Shown in pieces: positions 1 to 14,650 of a DNA stretch of 64,000 nucleotides. The DNA comes from Dictyostelium discoideum (Eukaryota), in assembly GCA_000004695.1 (NCBI GenBank), contig CM000150.2:1248001-1312000 (forward strand), given 5' to 3'. The position numbers and the translations under genes are program-made. The notes below the pieces were generated by a model that was given only the letters and a program-made list of their open reading frames with translations, did no database searches and had not been told where the DNA came from. Positions within the stretch are counted from its first letter, which is position 1. Each line of letters opens with the position of its first letter.

Positions 1-278
1 AATATTTTTAATATAAACTCTAGAGTTTAAATTATTACTATATTTTTTATTATTATTTTTTTTTTTTTTCTTATAAAAATAATCAAACACCAACAATGGA
101 AATTAATAAATTTCCACTTAGTTTTTTAAAAGAAAAGATATTTTGAAAAAAAAAAAAAAAAACAAAATATAAAAAATAAAAAAAAATAAAAAAAAATATT
201 GGAGGGAGATTTTTTTTTTTTTTTTTTTATTATTTATTTTTTTGTTTTTGTTTTTTTATTTTTTTTTTTTAAATAGAA

Positions 279-1587
279 ATGGAATATTATTCACAAGCTA
301 TTGATTTAGTCAAAACTACATTTGGTAGTGGTGGAGCAAAAGTTGAAGAAGAAGTATCGGCTACCACTACAACAACAACAATCAAATCGCCAAAAACTTT
401 TAAATCAATGATTGGTAGTGTAAAAGAAACAATTGAAAATGATGCCGAAAAGAATAAATCACAAAGATTGAATGAAGGTCAAAGATCAGCTAAAAAAGTG
501 TCATACAGAAAAACCCCATTTTCATTTGGATTTTATGTTAAATTAATTAAAGGTGCATATTGTTTCGCTAAAGGTGCCTATGTTACATTCAAAGAGGAAA
601 AAGTTATCAAAGCATTCTTATCAACATTAAAAATCATTTTATTTGGTGTATTGGCATCCTATTTAGTCATCTTTTTCATGACATTCCCAATTAGATTAAT
701 CATATCATTTCTAACTTGGATTGGTATATCTCATTTAGAATCAATCGATCAAATGTTAGATACAAAACAAGTAGTTGATGATATAGCTTATTTCATACCA
801 TTAGTAGTTGTTGGTACATTACGTTATGTTGTACCAACATTTAATGAAGATGTAAGTAAATATATAATATATAATAAATATAATAAATAAATATATATTT
901 ATTAACAAACTTATTTTATTATATATACAGATGTTTTTCTTTGTATTAGAATCACAAGATAAAAAACTATCAAGTTATTTAAAAGAATGTAAAATATTAA
1001 AGACATATCCAATGATTGGTTATTTAAAGAGATTTTCAAAATTAGCGGTTATGGGTATTATAGTGATGATTTTTGGATATATACCATATATTGGTGATTT
1101 TGTATTAGCAGTTGCACAATTTTATTATAGTTATAAACCGCTAGGACAAGGTACAGCATTCTTTTTATCATTGTTTAGTTTATATGGTCCAACCAAAGGT
1201 ATGGCTGCAAATGTTTTAAAGACATCAATGGCTGCAAATTCATTGGGTAAAGAGTTATTGGAAGTTTATTTCATGAGATTACCAGATTATAAACAAGAGG
1301 TTTATATCTATCGTCGTTTCTATGGTTGGATATTTGGTTTTAGTATGTTATGGACAACCGTATTAAGATTCCCATTCGTTGGCGCAATATTTTGGGGTAT
1401 TGCTCAAGGTTCAACAGCTTTCTTAATCTTAAAACTCTTACAAAGAAATCAATTAAAATATGATAATCAAGAAACTCAAGTAATTTTATTAGGTCAAGAT
1501 CAATTATCAGATTTTAAAGAAGATTCTTCTTCACCACTTTTAACTTCAAAATCATTAAAATCAAAATCAAAATCAAAACTTAATTAA
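279..1587 (+). CDS. Multi-pass transmembrane protein of unknown function, two exons: join(279..851, 931..1587), about 409 aa
   Basis: The ATG at 279 opens a 191-codon frame that ends exactly at a GTAAGT donor at 852. An AT-rich intron ends in ...atatatacAG at 930. The second ORF continues in frame from 931 to the stop at 1587. Both halves are hydrophobic, with several predicted TM helices; I recognise no family motif. Confidence 0.55.
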
Positions 1588-2160
1588 ATAAATAAATAAT
1601 AAATAATATTATAGTTATTATAATAATAATAATAATTATTAAATAAATAAAATAAATAAATAAAATATTTTTTTATTTTTTTTATTTTTTTTTTTTTATG
1701 TTTAATAATTAAACCAATATTAAAAATTATCCTAATTTGGAATTTATAAATATTATATTATTTATTTATTTTAATAATAAATGGAGTTTTCAAAAAAAAA
1801 AAAGAAAATGAAAATTCGATTTTACTATTTTTTAATTTTAAAATCTAAAAAAAGGTTGAGATAAAAAAAATAAAATAATAATTAATTAATTCCATTGACA
1901 AAATTAAAAATTTTATTTTTTCCCACGTGCTTACATTATATTTAATAATTTAAATTATTATAAACCATTAAAACATATTATTATTTTAATAGAAATCTAA
2001 ATATATAAATAAAATTTAATTATTTATTTTATAGAAAATAAAATAATTTTTTTTGTTAATCATTGTAATATTTATTTTATTTAACTTTTTTTTTTTTAAA
2101 ATATAATTTATATTTTTTTTTTTTTATTATTTATTATTTATTTTATTTTATATTTTTATT

Positions 2161-4599
2161 TTATTCATTATTAATAATTGCTTGATAACCTTGTTGTTTT
2201 TGTTGTCTTAATTTTTTAAAACCAAAAGCAAACATTGAAATACCAGCAATTAAAATGATACCACCAATAATTGAAACAACAATTACAGGTACAAAACCTA
2301 AAATTTTAATTAATTTAAATTGAGAATTAAGTAAATCAATATTTGATTGTGAAGGAGTTGCAGTTTGACCAATTTTTAATATTGGATAAAATACATTTGA
2401 TTTCATATTTTTAAAAGTTGAATTTGAAGAAAACCAATTTGAAAACTCTGGAATTGCTAAATTAATTTGAAGTTTTAAATTATAATATAGAGCATTACCA
2501 GTGATTGGTTCTAAATCCAATGGTACTTGAGCACTTTGATAAGTTTGATTTAAACCTTGTAAATTATTTGAAGAATATTGTGGTGGCACTTCATACATAT
2601 CCCAAAGTGAAACATAAATTGGTAAATTTTGAATATCAGTTAAATTTGCAAAACCAGGTATAGTGGTTTTAAAAGTTGTTGAAATTGGGAAACTGTTATT
2701 CACCAAATAATATCTCTTTGTATCAATACCTTGAACTTGTGAATCACCACTTAATTCCAATTGAACTGGTCTAATTACATTCTCTTCGAATAGAGTCATA
2801 GTTTGAGGTGGATCAGATTGTAATGGTGGGAATTGACCAGACTCTGTGAAACCTTCAACTTGAACAGATCCATTCCAACATGTTAAAAATGTTTGCTCTT
2901 GGAATTCAAAGATTTGATTTGTCATTGATAGATCTTGTTGACCTGTGAAAATGGTGGATGGTTTATTGACAGTGTTATTCTGTTGGAGTGCACATGGTTG
3001 ATCAACACCCAAGTAATCCAATATACCATCTTGACAATTCCATAACCAATCATCCATTGATCTTGTTACAATCAAACCACCATATTTTTCATAAAGTCCA
3101 AGTATAGTTGGTTTATTATATTGTTCATAGAGTTCGGCAGTGGCATAACCAATGATTTTAATAGCATCGAATAATGTTACATTATATTGTTTAAAAGTAT
3201 CAAATGATTTTGAAGCAGTTAAGAAATTAACTAACCCATTTAAATTCAATATTGAATTACTATCAGACTCATTGAATAAACTTTTATAGGCCTGTTGTAC
3301 CGATACACTTAATTTTACATCAATACCAATCGATTGATAAAGCAATGGAATTTCAATTGGACCTTGATCAAATGGTTGTGTTAAAAATGTATAATTTGAA
3401 ATGGATCTACCATTCAAAGCATTACCAGTAACAAATTGACAAACTCCCAACATTGAAATATCTGGTATATCACAAATTTCATTAACATATGATTCTGTAT
3501 AAACTTTTGAAAAATCATTTAACCACCAATTTAAAATCATATCAATTTGATCCACTGTTAATTGCAATTCCGATGTTAATACGGTTATTGAAGTTTTATC
3601 ACCCAATAATGCATTGATCCATAGGGTTGAACCAATCTCTTGATTTAAAATTGAATTTTCATTTGAAGAATTAAATAACAACTTTGCAGATAATATTGAA
3701 ATATTTGATGATTCATTATTATTATTTACTGATGATACCAACATACCATACCAACCATTACCTTTTTGTGGAATTGATGTTGCATTTGCCCATTGTTGGT
3801 AGAAATACTGTTCATCACCATTCAATGATTTTAAAATATTTAAATATTGTTCTTGATAAAGTTTTGGATTTTGTGTGAAATAAACTATATTTGTAAAGTT
3901 ATCACTTGACAAATATTCTAAAAACAATCTCATTTGACCACAACCACTAAGTGCTATTAATAAATTCTCTGCTGGCATATTATCTAATAACTCTGCATTT
4001 GGTGCTAATTGAAACATTAATCCCAAATAAGCTGGATTAATATTTGTAATCATAATTTCATTTGGATCATTTGGTGACATATCTGATTGATAAATAAATG
4101 ATTTACTTTGTGTATAAGTTGCTAAATTACCACCATCTTGAAATGTTACATTACTAAAATTAAATTCATATTTATAATTAAATGGTCCAACCGTTTCAAA
4201 TATTGGTATTGATCCATTTAAAAATTCATTTGGATTTGTCTTTTTTTTTTTTTAAAAATAAAATAAAAAGTTAGAAAAAAAAAAAATAATTAAAATTTTT
4301 TAAAATTAAAAATAAAAGATTAAAAAGTAAGTACTTACTAAATTCCAAGCATAAAAGTATTGTTGATAATAATTTTCAATTGATTGTTGTCCTGCCCAAT
4401 CATTATATCTTTGACTTGATGTGGAGTCTACAATGACAGCTTGTATTACTGCATTTTGTGTTGTTTGATTTATTAGATGTGGTAAAAGTGCAAATGCTAA
4501 AATAAATAATACTGCACCTATAACTGCTAAAAATATACCAGATACTAAACAACCTTTATGGTTCACCATTTTTCTATGGCAACACCCTCTTTTTACCAT
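2161..4599 (-). CDS. lmpA: CD36/LIMP-2 (scavenger receptor class B) family lysosomal membrane protein, two exons: complement join(4339..4599, 2161..4239), 779 aa
   Basis: Exon 1 has an N-terminal cytoplasmic Cys cluster (MVKRGCCHRKM..) followed by a TM helix. It ends ...QQYFYAWNL | GTAAGT. Exon 2 resumes after AG with TNPNEFLNGS..., so the joined sequence gives the CD36-family hallmark YF(Y/F)..N(L/V)TNP(E/N)E (compare LIMP-2 FYFFNVTNPEEIL). It has a large luminal domain with many N-x-S/T sites and a C-terminal TM (VPVIVVSIIGGIILIAGISMFAF) before a short tail. The symbol is tentative: the reconstructed 779 aa matches my recollection of LmpA, and hspD lies nearby on the same chromosome arm. 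Confidence 0.7.
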
Positions 4600-5446
4600 C
4601 TTTATATTATATATTTAAATATTTTGTTTTGTTTTTTTTTTTTTATATTTATATTTTATCCACCTATTTTTTAATTTTTTATTAATTTTTTTTTTTTTTT
4701 TTATACACAGTGTTGATGTTTATGTGTAATTTTTTTTTTTTTTATTTTTTTTTTTTTTAATTTAAAATCCAAAATAGTCAAATGTAAAAAATAAAAAAAA
4801 AAAAAGAAATGGAATTTTTTTAAAAAAAAAAAAAAAAATAAAAAATAAAAATAAAATAATTTAAAAAAAAAATAAAAATAAAAAAATCCCAAAAAATCCA
4901 AAAAATAAAAATAAAATAAAAAAATCACAAAAAATTTAAAATAAAAATAAAAATAAAAATAAATATTGAAATATAATAAAAAAATATATATTGACCATAA
5001 AAATACAAATATTTCTTAAAAAAAAAAAAAAAAAAATTTAATCCAACCATTTTGGGATAATCAATTTAAAGTTTTATTAAAAAAAAAAACAAAACCGTTT
5101 AATTTCCTATTTTATTAAAAAAAAAAAAAACCATTGCACAAATTTTTGTTGTTTTTTTATTTGAAGTTCAAAATGTGATGAAATGTGTGATTGTCCATCA
5201 AAATAAATAAATAAATAAAAAAAAAAAAAAAAAAAACCGTTTAATTTCCTATTTTATTAAAAAAAAAAAACCATTGAGCAAATTTAATTTCCTTTAATTT
5301 GAATTTCAGAGTTTAAGTGTTTTTTTTTAAAAATATCAAAAAAAAAAAAAAAATCAACGGTTTTTTGGACTCATCAAAATTTTTTTTAATTTTTTTAATT
5401 TTTTTTATTTTAAATTAATTCCTTTAAAAAGAAATATAAAAAAAAA

Positions 5447-5561
5447 ATGAAATTAAATATATTTTATTTATTTGTAATAGTTTTAACATTATCAAATATC
5501 AACAATGTTTTTGGTGATCTTAATCAAGCTGAATGTAAATATTTTATTTTATTTTCCACAC

Positions 5562-5592
<31 letters not shown>

Positions 5593-5637
5593 CCACTTAA
5601 TTTCTGAATTTTTAATATGTATAGTTTTAATTTCTTA

Positions 5638-5684
<47 letters not shown>

Positions 5685-5863
5685 TATAGTTTGGCAAGCA
5701 ATTACCAAGATACTGTAATACTCAATTCACTCGGTGTTCCATCAACATTTTGTTCTTTAGGTGCAGCATATGGTGCTTGTAATTCCAATGGATCAGTTAC
5801 TGATTTGTAAGTTTTTAATAATTTTTTTTTTTCTAAAATTTTAAAATAACTTGGAAACACTAA

Positions 5864-5894
<31 letters not shown>

Positions 5895-6898
5895 AAAATA
5901 GAACTTTTAAACCAACAGTATACAGTAGTCCAATAAAAACAGATGATTTAAAATGTTTACCATTCCTTGCTTCGTTTAATTTAGTTAATGGATTTGCTAA
6001 CCCATCAATTTTACAAACAAATTCATATAACACAAACTTGAAAAAAATGTAATGTATAATTAAAAAAAATAAAAAATAAAAAATAAATACTACATTGATA
6101 ATTTATACTAATTTTTTATTATTTTTAATTATACATAAAAAAAAAAAAAAAAAAAGTAAATGGAGTTCTTATATTCCTTTTGATATTGATTTTGAAATTG
6201 GTAATTTAGATTCATTAGATTGGGGAAGTTCTCAAACTAGTCACATTTCAACAATTACTCCATATTCTTTAAAAAATGTTAGAATTTTGTAAGTAAAATA
6301 AATATACACACATATATGTGTATTTAATTTTTGAAAGAATTTAAATATTTATTTTCTTATTTATTTTTATTTTTATTTTCTTTATAGTAATTCTAAATCA
6401 AATGTTAATCTTGTTCCAGGTACAAATTCAGGTTATGTAAATAATTATACAATTTCATATTCTGGTAATTCAAATAATATGCCAGATTTAACAAATATGA
6501 TTAATGTTGGAACAATTTCAATGAATTTCGCATTATCATTTAATGAATCATCTTTTATTAATATGAATGGATATTCTAATGTATTAAAAACAATTTTAAT
6601 TTCAAGTTCAACAATAATGAGATTCCCATATGAATTAGCAAATGGTGTACCAAGAGATTATTTATACATTAATTCTGATGGTTTAAAAGCACCTTCTTCA
6701 CTAATTGATTTATCAAATATTCCATATATTAGTATGTTTCAAATTTTAAAAATGGGTCAAGATTTTAATTATCAAGGTAATTTTCCATTTTCTAAATTAC
6801 CTTTAAAATGTAAATCTCTGTAAGTATATAAATATATATATATATATATAATTTATTTGTAAATAATAATAATAATAAAATAATGAATTAATAAATTA

Positions 6899-6931
<33 letters not shown>

Positions 6932-9146
6932 TCATTTTGCTAAAGGTAATACACCAAATGTTGATTGGCAAATCTTTGAAAATGTAACAGGTATAATGTT
7001 ACAAGATTTAAAAATTATTACACCATTCCCACCATCAAATCCATTTAGTCCATTAGTTACATCATTTGATGTTAGTCAAAATCAAATTGCAGGTCAAGTT
7101 GATGAATCATGGTGCTCAGTTTTATTAACTTTAAATAAAAATTTATTCACTGGTGTGATTCCAAATTGTTTTTATTGTTACTTGAATATTCAATCAATTG
7201 GTAATAGCTTTGCTCAAAATAATTTTGATAATTATAATACCACAAATAACAAATGTGGTTATGGTAAGTAAAAAAAAACTTAAAATTGATTTCTATATAT
7301 ATATATGTATACTATATTAATTTTTTTTTATTTTTTTTTATATATATATTAATATATAGATATCATTGTACCATATGTTTATTATAATAAAACATCAACA
7401 TTATTGACACTTAGAGGTAAAAATTTAGGTTGGGTACAAACTAATTTTAAAACATCAACTTGTGTAATTATTTTCACTGATCGATTTACTGTAGTTGGAT
7501 GTACAGGAACATATATGAATGTAACATTTGTAAATCAAAATTTAAATTTTACATTATCATTAGATGGTACAGAACCAATAATTAGTAATGTTATTCAAAC
7601 AAATAATACATTTATAATTAGTGGATCCTATTTTGCATATGAACCATCAATTATCAATGTTACAATTGATGGAGAGTCACCATTAAATTGTGAATTTACA
7701 AATTCAAGTATAATTCCAACATTTTATAGTATTCAATGTGATATTGGATATCCAGTGGTTGAATATGGGTTAAAGAATTTAACAGTACAAGTAAATAGTT
7801 TAGTTTCAAAACCATATGAATTTAGTCTTGATTATACTAAAGTGCCATGTCCAATTTCAGATTGTAATGGTAATGGTATTTGTAATGATCATATTGGTGT
7901 TTGTGAATGTTTTAATGATTGGAAAACAATTGATGATGAAATTTGTACAGTTGCAATTCATTATTTATCAGCATATACTCAAACATCAGATATCGATGGT
8001 GGTATCATTAATTTATATGGTTTCTTTGGTGATATTCATAATGATTATAAAGTTTTAATTGATGGTATTCAATGTCCAATCGAAGTTGCACCAACATCAA
8101 CAGTTTTTACAATTTCAGTTGACTCTGGTACAATTGGTACAAATTCATCAATTGAAATCATTCAAAATGATTTATCATTCCATGGTACAATCTATCCATA
8201 TGAAAATTTAATTAAAGAATGTCCATCGAATTGTAATGGTATCAGCAATGGTAAATGTAATAGTACAACTGGTGAATGCACTTGTAATGAAGGTTTCATC
8301 GGTGTTGATTGTATCAAACTCACAAATTATACATTACCAACCATCACATCATCAATTTCAAATGTTGGTTTATTATTTAAAAGTGAACAAACTGTTTTTA
8401 TAGCTTCATTTTATTCATTTGTTGAAGTTGATTACACTGGTACCATTATTAAATCAGTTGTAATAAGTTCATGGGAACCTGAAAATATTAACCAAGGTAT
8501 TAAATACACTGGTTCATCGTCAAATAGTGATGGTGTTTTTGAAATTACATTTTTAAAAGTACCAACAAATCAACAATTTTCATTTGCAGGTAATGAATTC
8601 AACATTGGAGCAGGTGGTGCTAAAATGTCAATAACAGTTTCAAATTACACATATTCAAACCAATCAAATTATTTAGTCGCGGCTATGCAAGCTAAAGCTG
8701 AGTCAGATCCAAGATCACCAATTCAAAATAAGTGTAATAATGGTACAATCGTAATTACATCACAATCAAATAGTAATTTAACTTTAAATAATTATAATTA
8801 TTTTACAATTTCAAAAGATGCTAAAAGATTATCAATTAGATTACAAGATAGATTAATATCAGATGGTCAAGCAACTTTTATGGTAAATCAACTTAATATT
8901 CAACAACCTGATCATAGTTTATTATTTGGTATGTCACTCCCACATTGTGGTAAACAATGTTCAATCGATGGTCCTGATTTTATTGTTAACATTGAATCAA
9001 ATTATAAAGTTTTAAGTTCATGTTCACCACAACCAACATCAACACCAAAATCAAGCTCTGAAGAACCATCTTCTTCATTAAAACAACAATCTTTAATTTC
9101 TTTTATTTTAATAATATTTTTAATTTCATCAATTATTTTAAATTAA
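5447..9146 (+). CDS. Secreted or GPI-anchored LRR / IPT-like / EGF-like receptor-like protein, paralog 1. About 7 exons (approx 5447..5533, 5674..5815, 5901..6048, 6157..6286, 6371..6821, 6931..7263, 7361..9146)
   Basis: Exon 1 encodes a signal peptide (MKLNIFYLFVIVLTLSNINNVFG) and ends at a GTAAAT donor. Short exons chained by GTAAGT..AG junctions carry plant-type LRR-like units (FDVSQNQIAGQVDESWC, LNKNLFTGVIPNCF). The large last exon carries an IPT-like beta domain and two EGF-like modules (CPISDCNGNGICNDHIGVCECFNDW; CPSNCNGISNGKCNSTTGECTCNEGFIGVDC). It also carries the family C-terminal motif SLPHCGKQCSIDGPDF, then a Ser/Thr/Pro stalk and a hydrophobic C-terminus (LISFILIIFLISSIILN) that suggests a GPI signal. 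Confidence 0.6.
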
Positions 9147-9305
9147 ATTAAATTAAATAATTATTAAATTATTAAAAGTAAAAAATTAAATAATTATTTG
9201 TTTTTTATAAATTTTTTAAAAAAATATATTTTAATTATTATTATTATTATTAATTTTTTTTTTTTTATTAATTTATTAAAATTAATTAATTTAATTTAAT
9301 TTTTA

Positions 9306-11652
9306 TTAATTAATAATATTATAACCATTATATTGATTATTATTATAAAAAGTTTTACGAAAACCATTAATTGCCATTACTAAACCAGCAATTAATAAGA
9401 TACCACCAAAAATTGAAACTACAACTACTGGAGCAATTTTAACAGTTTGAATTTGTTTAAATTGTTGTTTTAATAAATTTATATCATTTGTTGAAGCGGT
9501 TGCAGTTTGACCAATTTTTAAACTTGGATAAAAAATACCAAAACTATTGCTATTGGTTGGACTAAAAATATTTGTCCAATTACCTAATGAAGAGAACCAT
9601 AAACTATTTGCATTTGAAGGAATTTGTAAATTAATTTGAAGTTTTAAATTATAATAGAGTGTATTACCAGTGATTGGTTCTAAATCCAATGGTATTTCAG
9701 CATTTTCATAGGTTTGATTTAATCCATTAATATAGAGTGAACTATATTCTATTGGTACACCATACATATCCCAAAGTGAAACATAAATTGGAACACCATT
9801 AAAAAGACCAGTTAAATTTGCAAAACCATTGATTGAATTATTAAAAACTGGATCAATTGGAAAACTTTGATTTGGTAAATAATATCTTTGAGTTGAAACA
9901 CCCATTACTGATGAAGATGAAGAATGTACCAATGAAAGTGGTCTTAAAATATTCTCTTCAAAAATGGTTAAACTTTGTGGTAGATTATCTTGAACCAATG
10001 GAGCCATTTGACCATTTTCAACGAAACCAGTTACATTTACAGTACCATTCCAAATGGTAAGTGTTGATTGTTCTTGAAATTGTTGATATTGATTAGTTAA
10101 TGATAAATCTTTCTTTCCTGTATAAACAGTTGATGGTTTAAAAATTGTATTATTTTGTTGAAATGAACATTGTTGATCAATACCTAAATAATCTAATAAA
10201 TCATCTTGACAATCCCATAACCATTCATTTGCAGTTCTTGTAACAATTAAACCAGATGTATTATAAAATGATTGAACAGATTTAATTGAATAACCAGTTG
10301 TATTTGGAATATAACTTAAAAAGTAACCAATCATTGTCATTGCATCATTATTTGTTAAATTCCATTTTGTAAAATTATTACTATTTGTTGACATTTGTTC
10401 AAGAAATAAACCTAAACCGTGAATTGTTAATAGGGAATCATCAATACTATCATTAAATAAATTGGATTGAGCTTCATTTGTTGAAATTGTTAAATTTGTA
10501 CCCATTGCAATTGGAATTTCAATTGGTTCTAACCAAGGTAAATTTGTTATATTAAATTGACTAATTGATTTATAACCTAATGGTATTGTTGTTATAAATT
10601 GACAAACACCTAATAGTTCAATTGATTCAATTTCACATTGCTTTAATAATTGGCTCATTGTATATTGATCATTAAATCCTTTTAACCACCAAATCATTAC
10701 CAATGTTAATTGTGCTTGATTAATACCTAATTCTTGTTCAAGTATTTGATATGAATTTGAATTTGGACCATTAAAAACTGCATTTATCCAATAACTAATA
10801 CCATTGGTACTATTTAATAATGAATATTGATTCATTGGATTTAAAATTTCCAATGCCGATTGTAAACTTATACCACTTGGTGAATCTAATCCATAAGATA
10901 TCAACATATTATCCCATAATGAACTATTACCATTGGTTGGAATAATAGTTGAATTTGACCATTGTTCTAAAAAATAAATGGTTGGAGTTGTTGTTAAATT
11001 ATTATTAATTGTTGATAATAATAATTGATATTGTTGATTAAAATATTTTGGACCATTATAAAAATATGCAATCATTGTAAAATTATCACTTGATAAATAT
11101 TCTAAAAATTGTTTAGTTTGTGGTGCTGATGCTAAAGTATATAATAAATCCTCTGCTGTCATACCTAATGTAATTGAATTTTTTGATAGTGTTGATAATA
11201 AACCTAAATAAGCTGGATTAAAATTGGTTGTACTAACTGTAAATGGATTTAATGAATCCTCACCTTCAATCCATTTATATGATTTACTTTGAATATAATT
11301 TATTAAATTGCCATCATCACTAAATGAAACTTTACTATTATTCCATTCATATTTATAATTAAATGGTCCAATCTTTTCAAAATTACAATTTTTACCATTT
11401 AATACTTCATTTGGATTTGTCTATATTTTTAAAATTTATTAATTATTTATTTATTTTTTTTTGAAAAAAAAAAAGTACTTACCAAATTCCAAAGATAATA
11501 ATATTGTTTAAAATAATTATCTACTGATTTTTGTCCTGCCCAATCATTATATCTTTGACTTTTCTAATTTTAATTTAAAAAAAAAAAAAAAAAAAATCAA
11601 ATTAAAAAAAAAGAAAAGAAAATTAGTTTTTTTTGATCTTTTTTGGGTTAAC

Positions 11653-11690
<38 letters not shown>

Positions 11691-11874
11691 AAAATAAATT
11701 TGAAAATAAAAAAAAACTTACAAAAGAATCAACAATTACAGCATCAACTATAGCATTATTTGTTGCAACATTTAAAACTGAAGGTAAAAGTGCAAGTGAT
11801 ATAACAAATAATGCTGCACCAATCACTGATAAAAGTAAACCAGCAATTAATAAACCTTTATTGTTTGCAACCAT
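9306..11874 (-). CDS. lmpC: CD36/LIMP-2 family lysosomal membrane protein paralog, three exons: complement join(~11722..11874, ~11482..11562, 9306..11420), 782 aa
   Basis: Exon 1 is MVANNKGLLIAGLLLSVIGAALFVISLALLP...VDSF | GTAAGT. A 27-codon middle exon reads KSQRYNDWAGQKSVDNYFKQYYYLWNL | GTAAGT. Exon 3 begins TNPNEVLNGK..., with the acceptor in the same place as in the paralog at 2161..4599. It shares the two-TM topology and the C-terminal TM (APVVVVSIFGGILLIAGLVMAI). The symbol is tentative: the reconstructed 782 aa fits my memory of LmpC, and it is a clear paralog of the upstream gene. Confidence 0.65.
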
Positions 11875-12112
11875 TATAATTATTATTATTTTTTTTTTTT
11901 TTTTTTAATTTTATTTTACTATTTTTTTTTTTTGTTATTATTATTTAATAATAATATAGATAAAAAATATTTATTTATAAAATAAATAAAAAATAAAAAA
12001 ATAAAAAAAAAAATAAAATAAAAATAAAAAAAAAAAAAAAGTTTGAAAAAAAAAAAAAAAAATAAAAAAAAAAAAAATAAATAAAAATCAATAGTTGATC
12101 TCTTAAACCAAA

Positions 12113-14650
12113 ATGGAGGATCTACTTAATCTTTTTAATAGAAAAATTAATTTTGAAACAACCTTAAATAGTAATAATAATAATTATAATAATAAAAGTA
12201 AAAAAAAAAATAACTCTAATCAACTTAAAAATCATTTCATTCAATTAATTGATAAAATTTCAAATTCGTTAAATAGTAATAATAATGATTTTAATAATAA
12301 TTTTAAGTCTTTACAAATTGTCGAATTATTTAATTTAGTTAAATTATTACCATTTAAAGAAGAAAAAAAATTAGAAAATAATAATAATAATAATAATAAT
12401 TATAATAATTATAATGATGATCAGGATTATGATGATGATGATTATTATGATAATTTAATATTATATAACACAATTAGAAAAGAAACAATCGAATTAATTT
12501 TTAGAATTTTACCAAATATTTTAAAAAGGCAATCATTTCAATATGATAGTTCATTAATGACAACAATTTTCTCAGTTTCCGATCAACCAATATCATTAAA
12601 ACTATTAATCGCAATTCATACAACTAATTTAATTAATGATTATATATTATTTGAAAATTCTCAATTCAATATATTTATACCATATATTCACGATATATTT
12701 CATTATATTATATTATCTTTAAAAGTAATTATTATTATTTATTATTTAAATAATAAAATTATAAACATATTAATATTAATATTTTTATTTATATAAAAAA
12801 AGGAAAATAATTTAAAAATTAAAATTGAAATTTTAAATTTATTAGAATTAATAATTAATAATTTAAAAAATAATAATAATAATAATAATAATAATTTAGA
12901 ATCATATTTAAATAATTTAATAAATTTATTAATTGAAAATATAATAATAAAAAATAATAATGATGATGATAATAATATAGAACTTTATAATCAAATTTTA
13001 GATAATAATAATGAATTTTATATAATTAGAGAAAAAAGTGGTTTAATTTTAAAATTATTATCAAAAAATTATTTTAATAAAATAATTGAAAATTTAAATT
13101 TAATTTCAAATAATAATAATAATAATAATAATATTTATATAAAAGAAGGAATTTTAGAATGTTTTAATAAAATTAATAAATTTGAAAATGAAGAATTATT
13201 AAAAATTTTATTTGAAATTTATTTTATTAATCAAAATAATAATTCAAAAATTGAATGGATTTATTTTTCAACTATAATTAATAATTTATCAATAATTTAT
13301 AATAATGAAAATAATCAAAATAATAATAATCAATATTTTGAAATTATTTATAAAAAATTAAATGAATTAATTTTAATTGATAATGAAATTATAAAAATTT
13401 CAATATTTAATTTAATAAAATCAAATTATAAATTATTATCAACCGATTTATTTATTAAATTAATTTCATTAACATTACCAAAATTAAATAATAAAATTCA
13501 ATTTAAATCATTTATAGAATTATCAAAATTAATAATACCAAATTTAAATTTTAAATCATTTAAAATAATAATTGAATTATTAACATTACAATTTAATTAT
13601 TCAAATAATAATAATAATAATAAATATTTATATTTAGAATTATTTTCAATTATTATAAAAAATTTGGATTCTGAAAATTTTAAAAATTTTTATAGTAAAT
13701 TACCATTTGAATTATTTGATTTAATTTTATTAAAATTGGATTCATTAATTAATTTATATCAAGATTTTTTAGAAATAAAATTTATTGAACCAATTATAGT
13801 ATCATTGGAATTTTTAAATGAATCATTAGAGAATTTAGTAATTATAAATAATATTGATTCAATTTATTATTATAATATTATTAATATTATAATAAAATGT
13901 TTAGAAATTATTAAACCAAATGAAATCATTTTAAAATCATTAATTTTATTATCAAACCTTTTTAATTTAAATTGGTCATCAATTTCAACAATGGTACCAA
14001 TCTTTGAATTAACACAATTGGATAAAATTTTAAAATTAATTTATAAATTTTTAATTTATGATAAAAGATTATTAATTATTAAAAATTCATTTATTGTTTT
14101 AAATAATTTATTAAATTCAAATTATTCAAAATTAGTTCAACCATATTTAAATGAATTAATTTTAGAAATTTCTTTAAATTGTTATTATTTAAATAATAAT
14201 TATAATAATAATAATAATCAAAATAATCAAAATTTTAAAAATTTACAATTAAAAGAAATTATTTCAATTACTTTTAGTAAACTTTTATTAAATATTGATC
14301 AATATACAATTGAAAATTTTAAATGTTTTTCAAATTTAATTGATAATTCTTGGTGTTCATTTATTTTAAATGATAATCAATCAATTTTATTAATTTTAGA
14401 TATAATTTGGAATGATCCATCATTAATATCATTTAATTCAAATCAAACTTTTAATTTAAAAACAACTTTATTAAAATCAATTAATAATAACCATAATAAT
14501 ATAAATTTAAATAATTTTAATAATAATAATAATAATAGTTTAATAATTTTATTAAAATTAAAATTAAAAGAAATTAAAACAAATTCTCCAATTATTTTGG
14601 AAAAATTAAAAAAATTTTTAAATTCTGATTTATTATTTTTATTTTCTTAA
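12113..14650 (+). CDS. Asn-rich low-complexity protein of unknown function, two exons: join(12113..~12724, ~12801..14650)
   Basis: The ORF 12113..12796 contains a GTAATT donor after ...LSLK, and the intron ends ...aaaaaaaAG at about 12800. The same reading frame then stays open through 12801..13663 into the annotated ORF 13664..14650. It is AAT-encoded poly-N and Asp-rich (DDQDYDDDDYYD). Helical repeat segments hint at an ARM/HEAT-like fold. I recognise no diagnostic motif. Confidence 0.45.

Noticed and set aside
4701-4928. ORF 4701..4928 (minus) and other small ORFs in intergenic poly-A/T (5447..5641 partly, 11633..11908 plus, 25916..26188, 27942..28599, 35772..35984, 38014..38226, 41521..41715, 43888..44115, 55636..55971, 56241..56447, 62455..62809, 63220..63423)
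   Set aside because: These are poly-F/K/L translations of homopolymer tracts with no domain content and no splice support. Two exceptions overlap real first exons: 5447..5533 and 26009.. are the signal-peptide exons of real genes and are annotated there.
7816-8058. Nested ORFs inside the large LRR/EGF exons (7816..8058 plus, 9857..10060 plus, 22169..22369 plus, 48180..48413 minus, 48660..48848 plus) and antisense ORFs in hspD (33348..33599, 33766..33990, 34216..34440) and gtf2h1 (60535..60759, 61755..62012)
   Set aside because: They are shorter alternative-frame readings wholly inside long ORFs that have clear domain homology in the primary frame.
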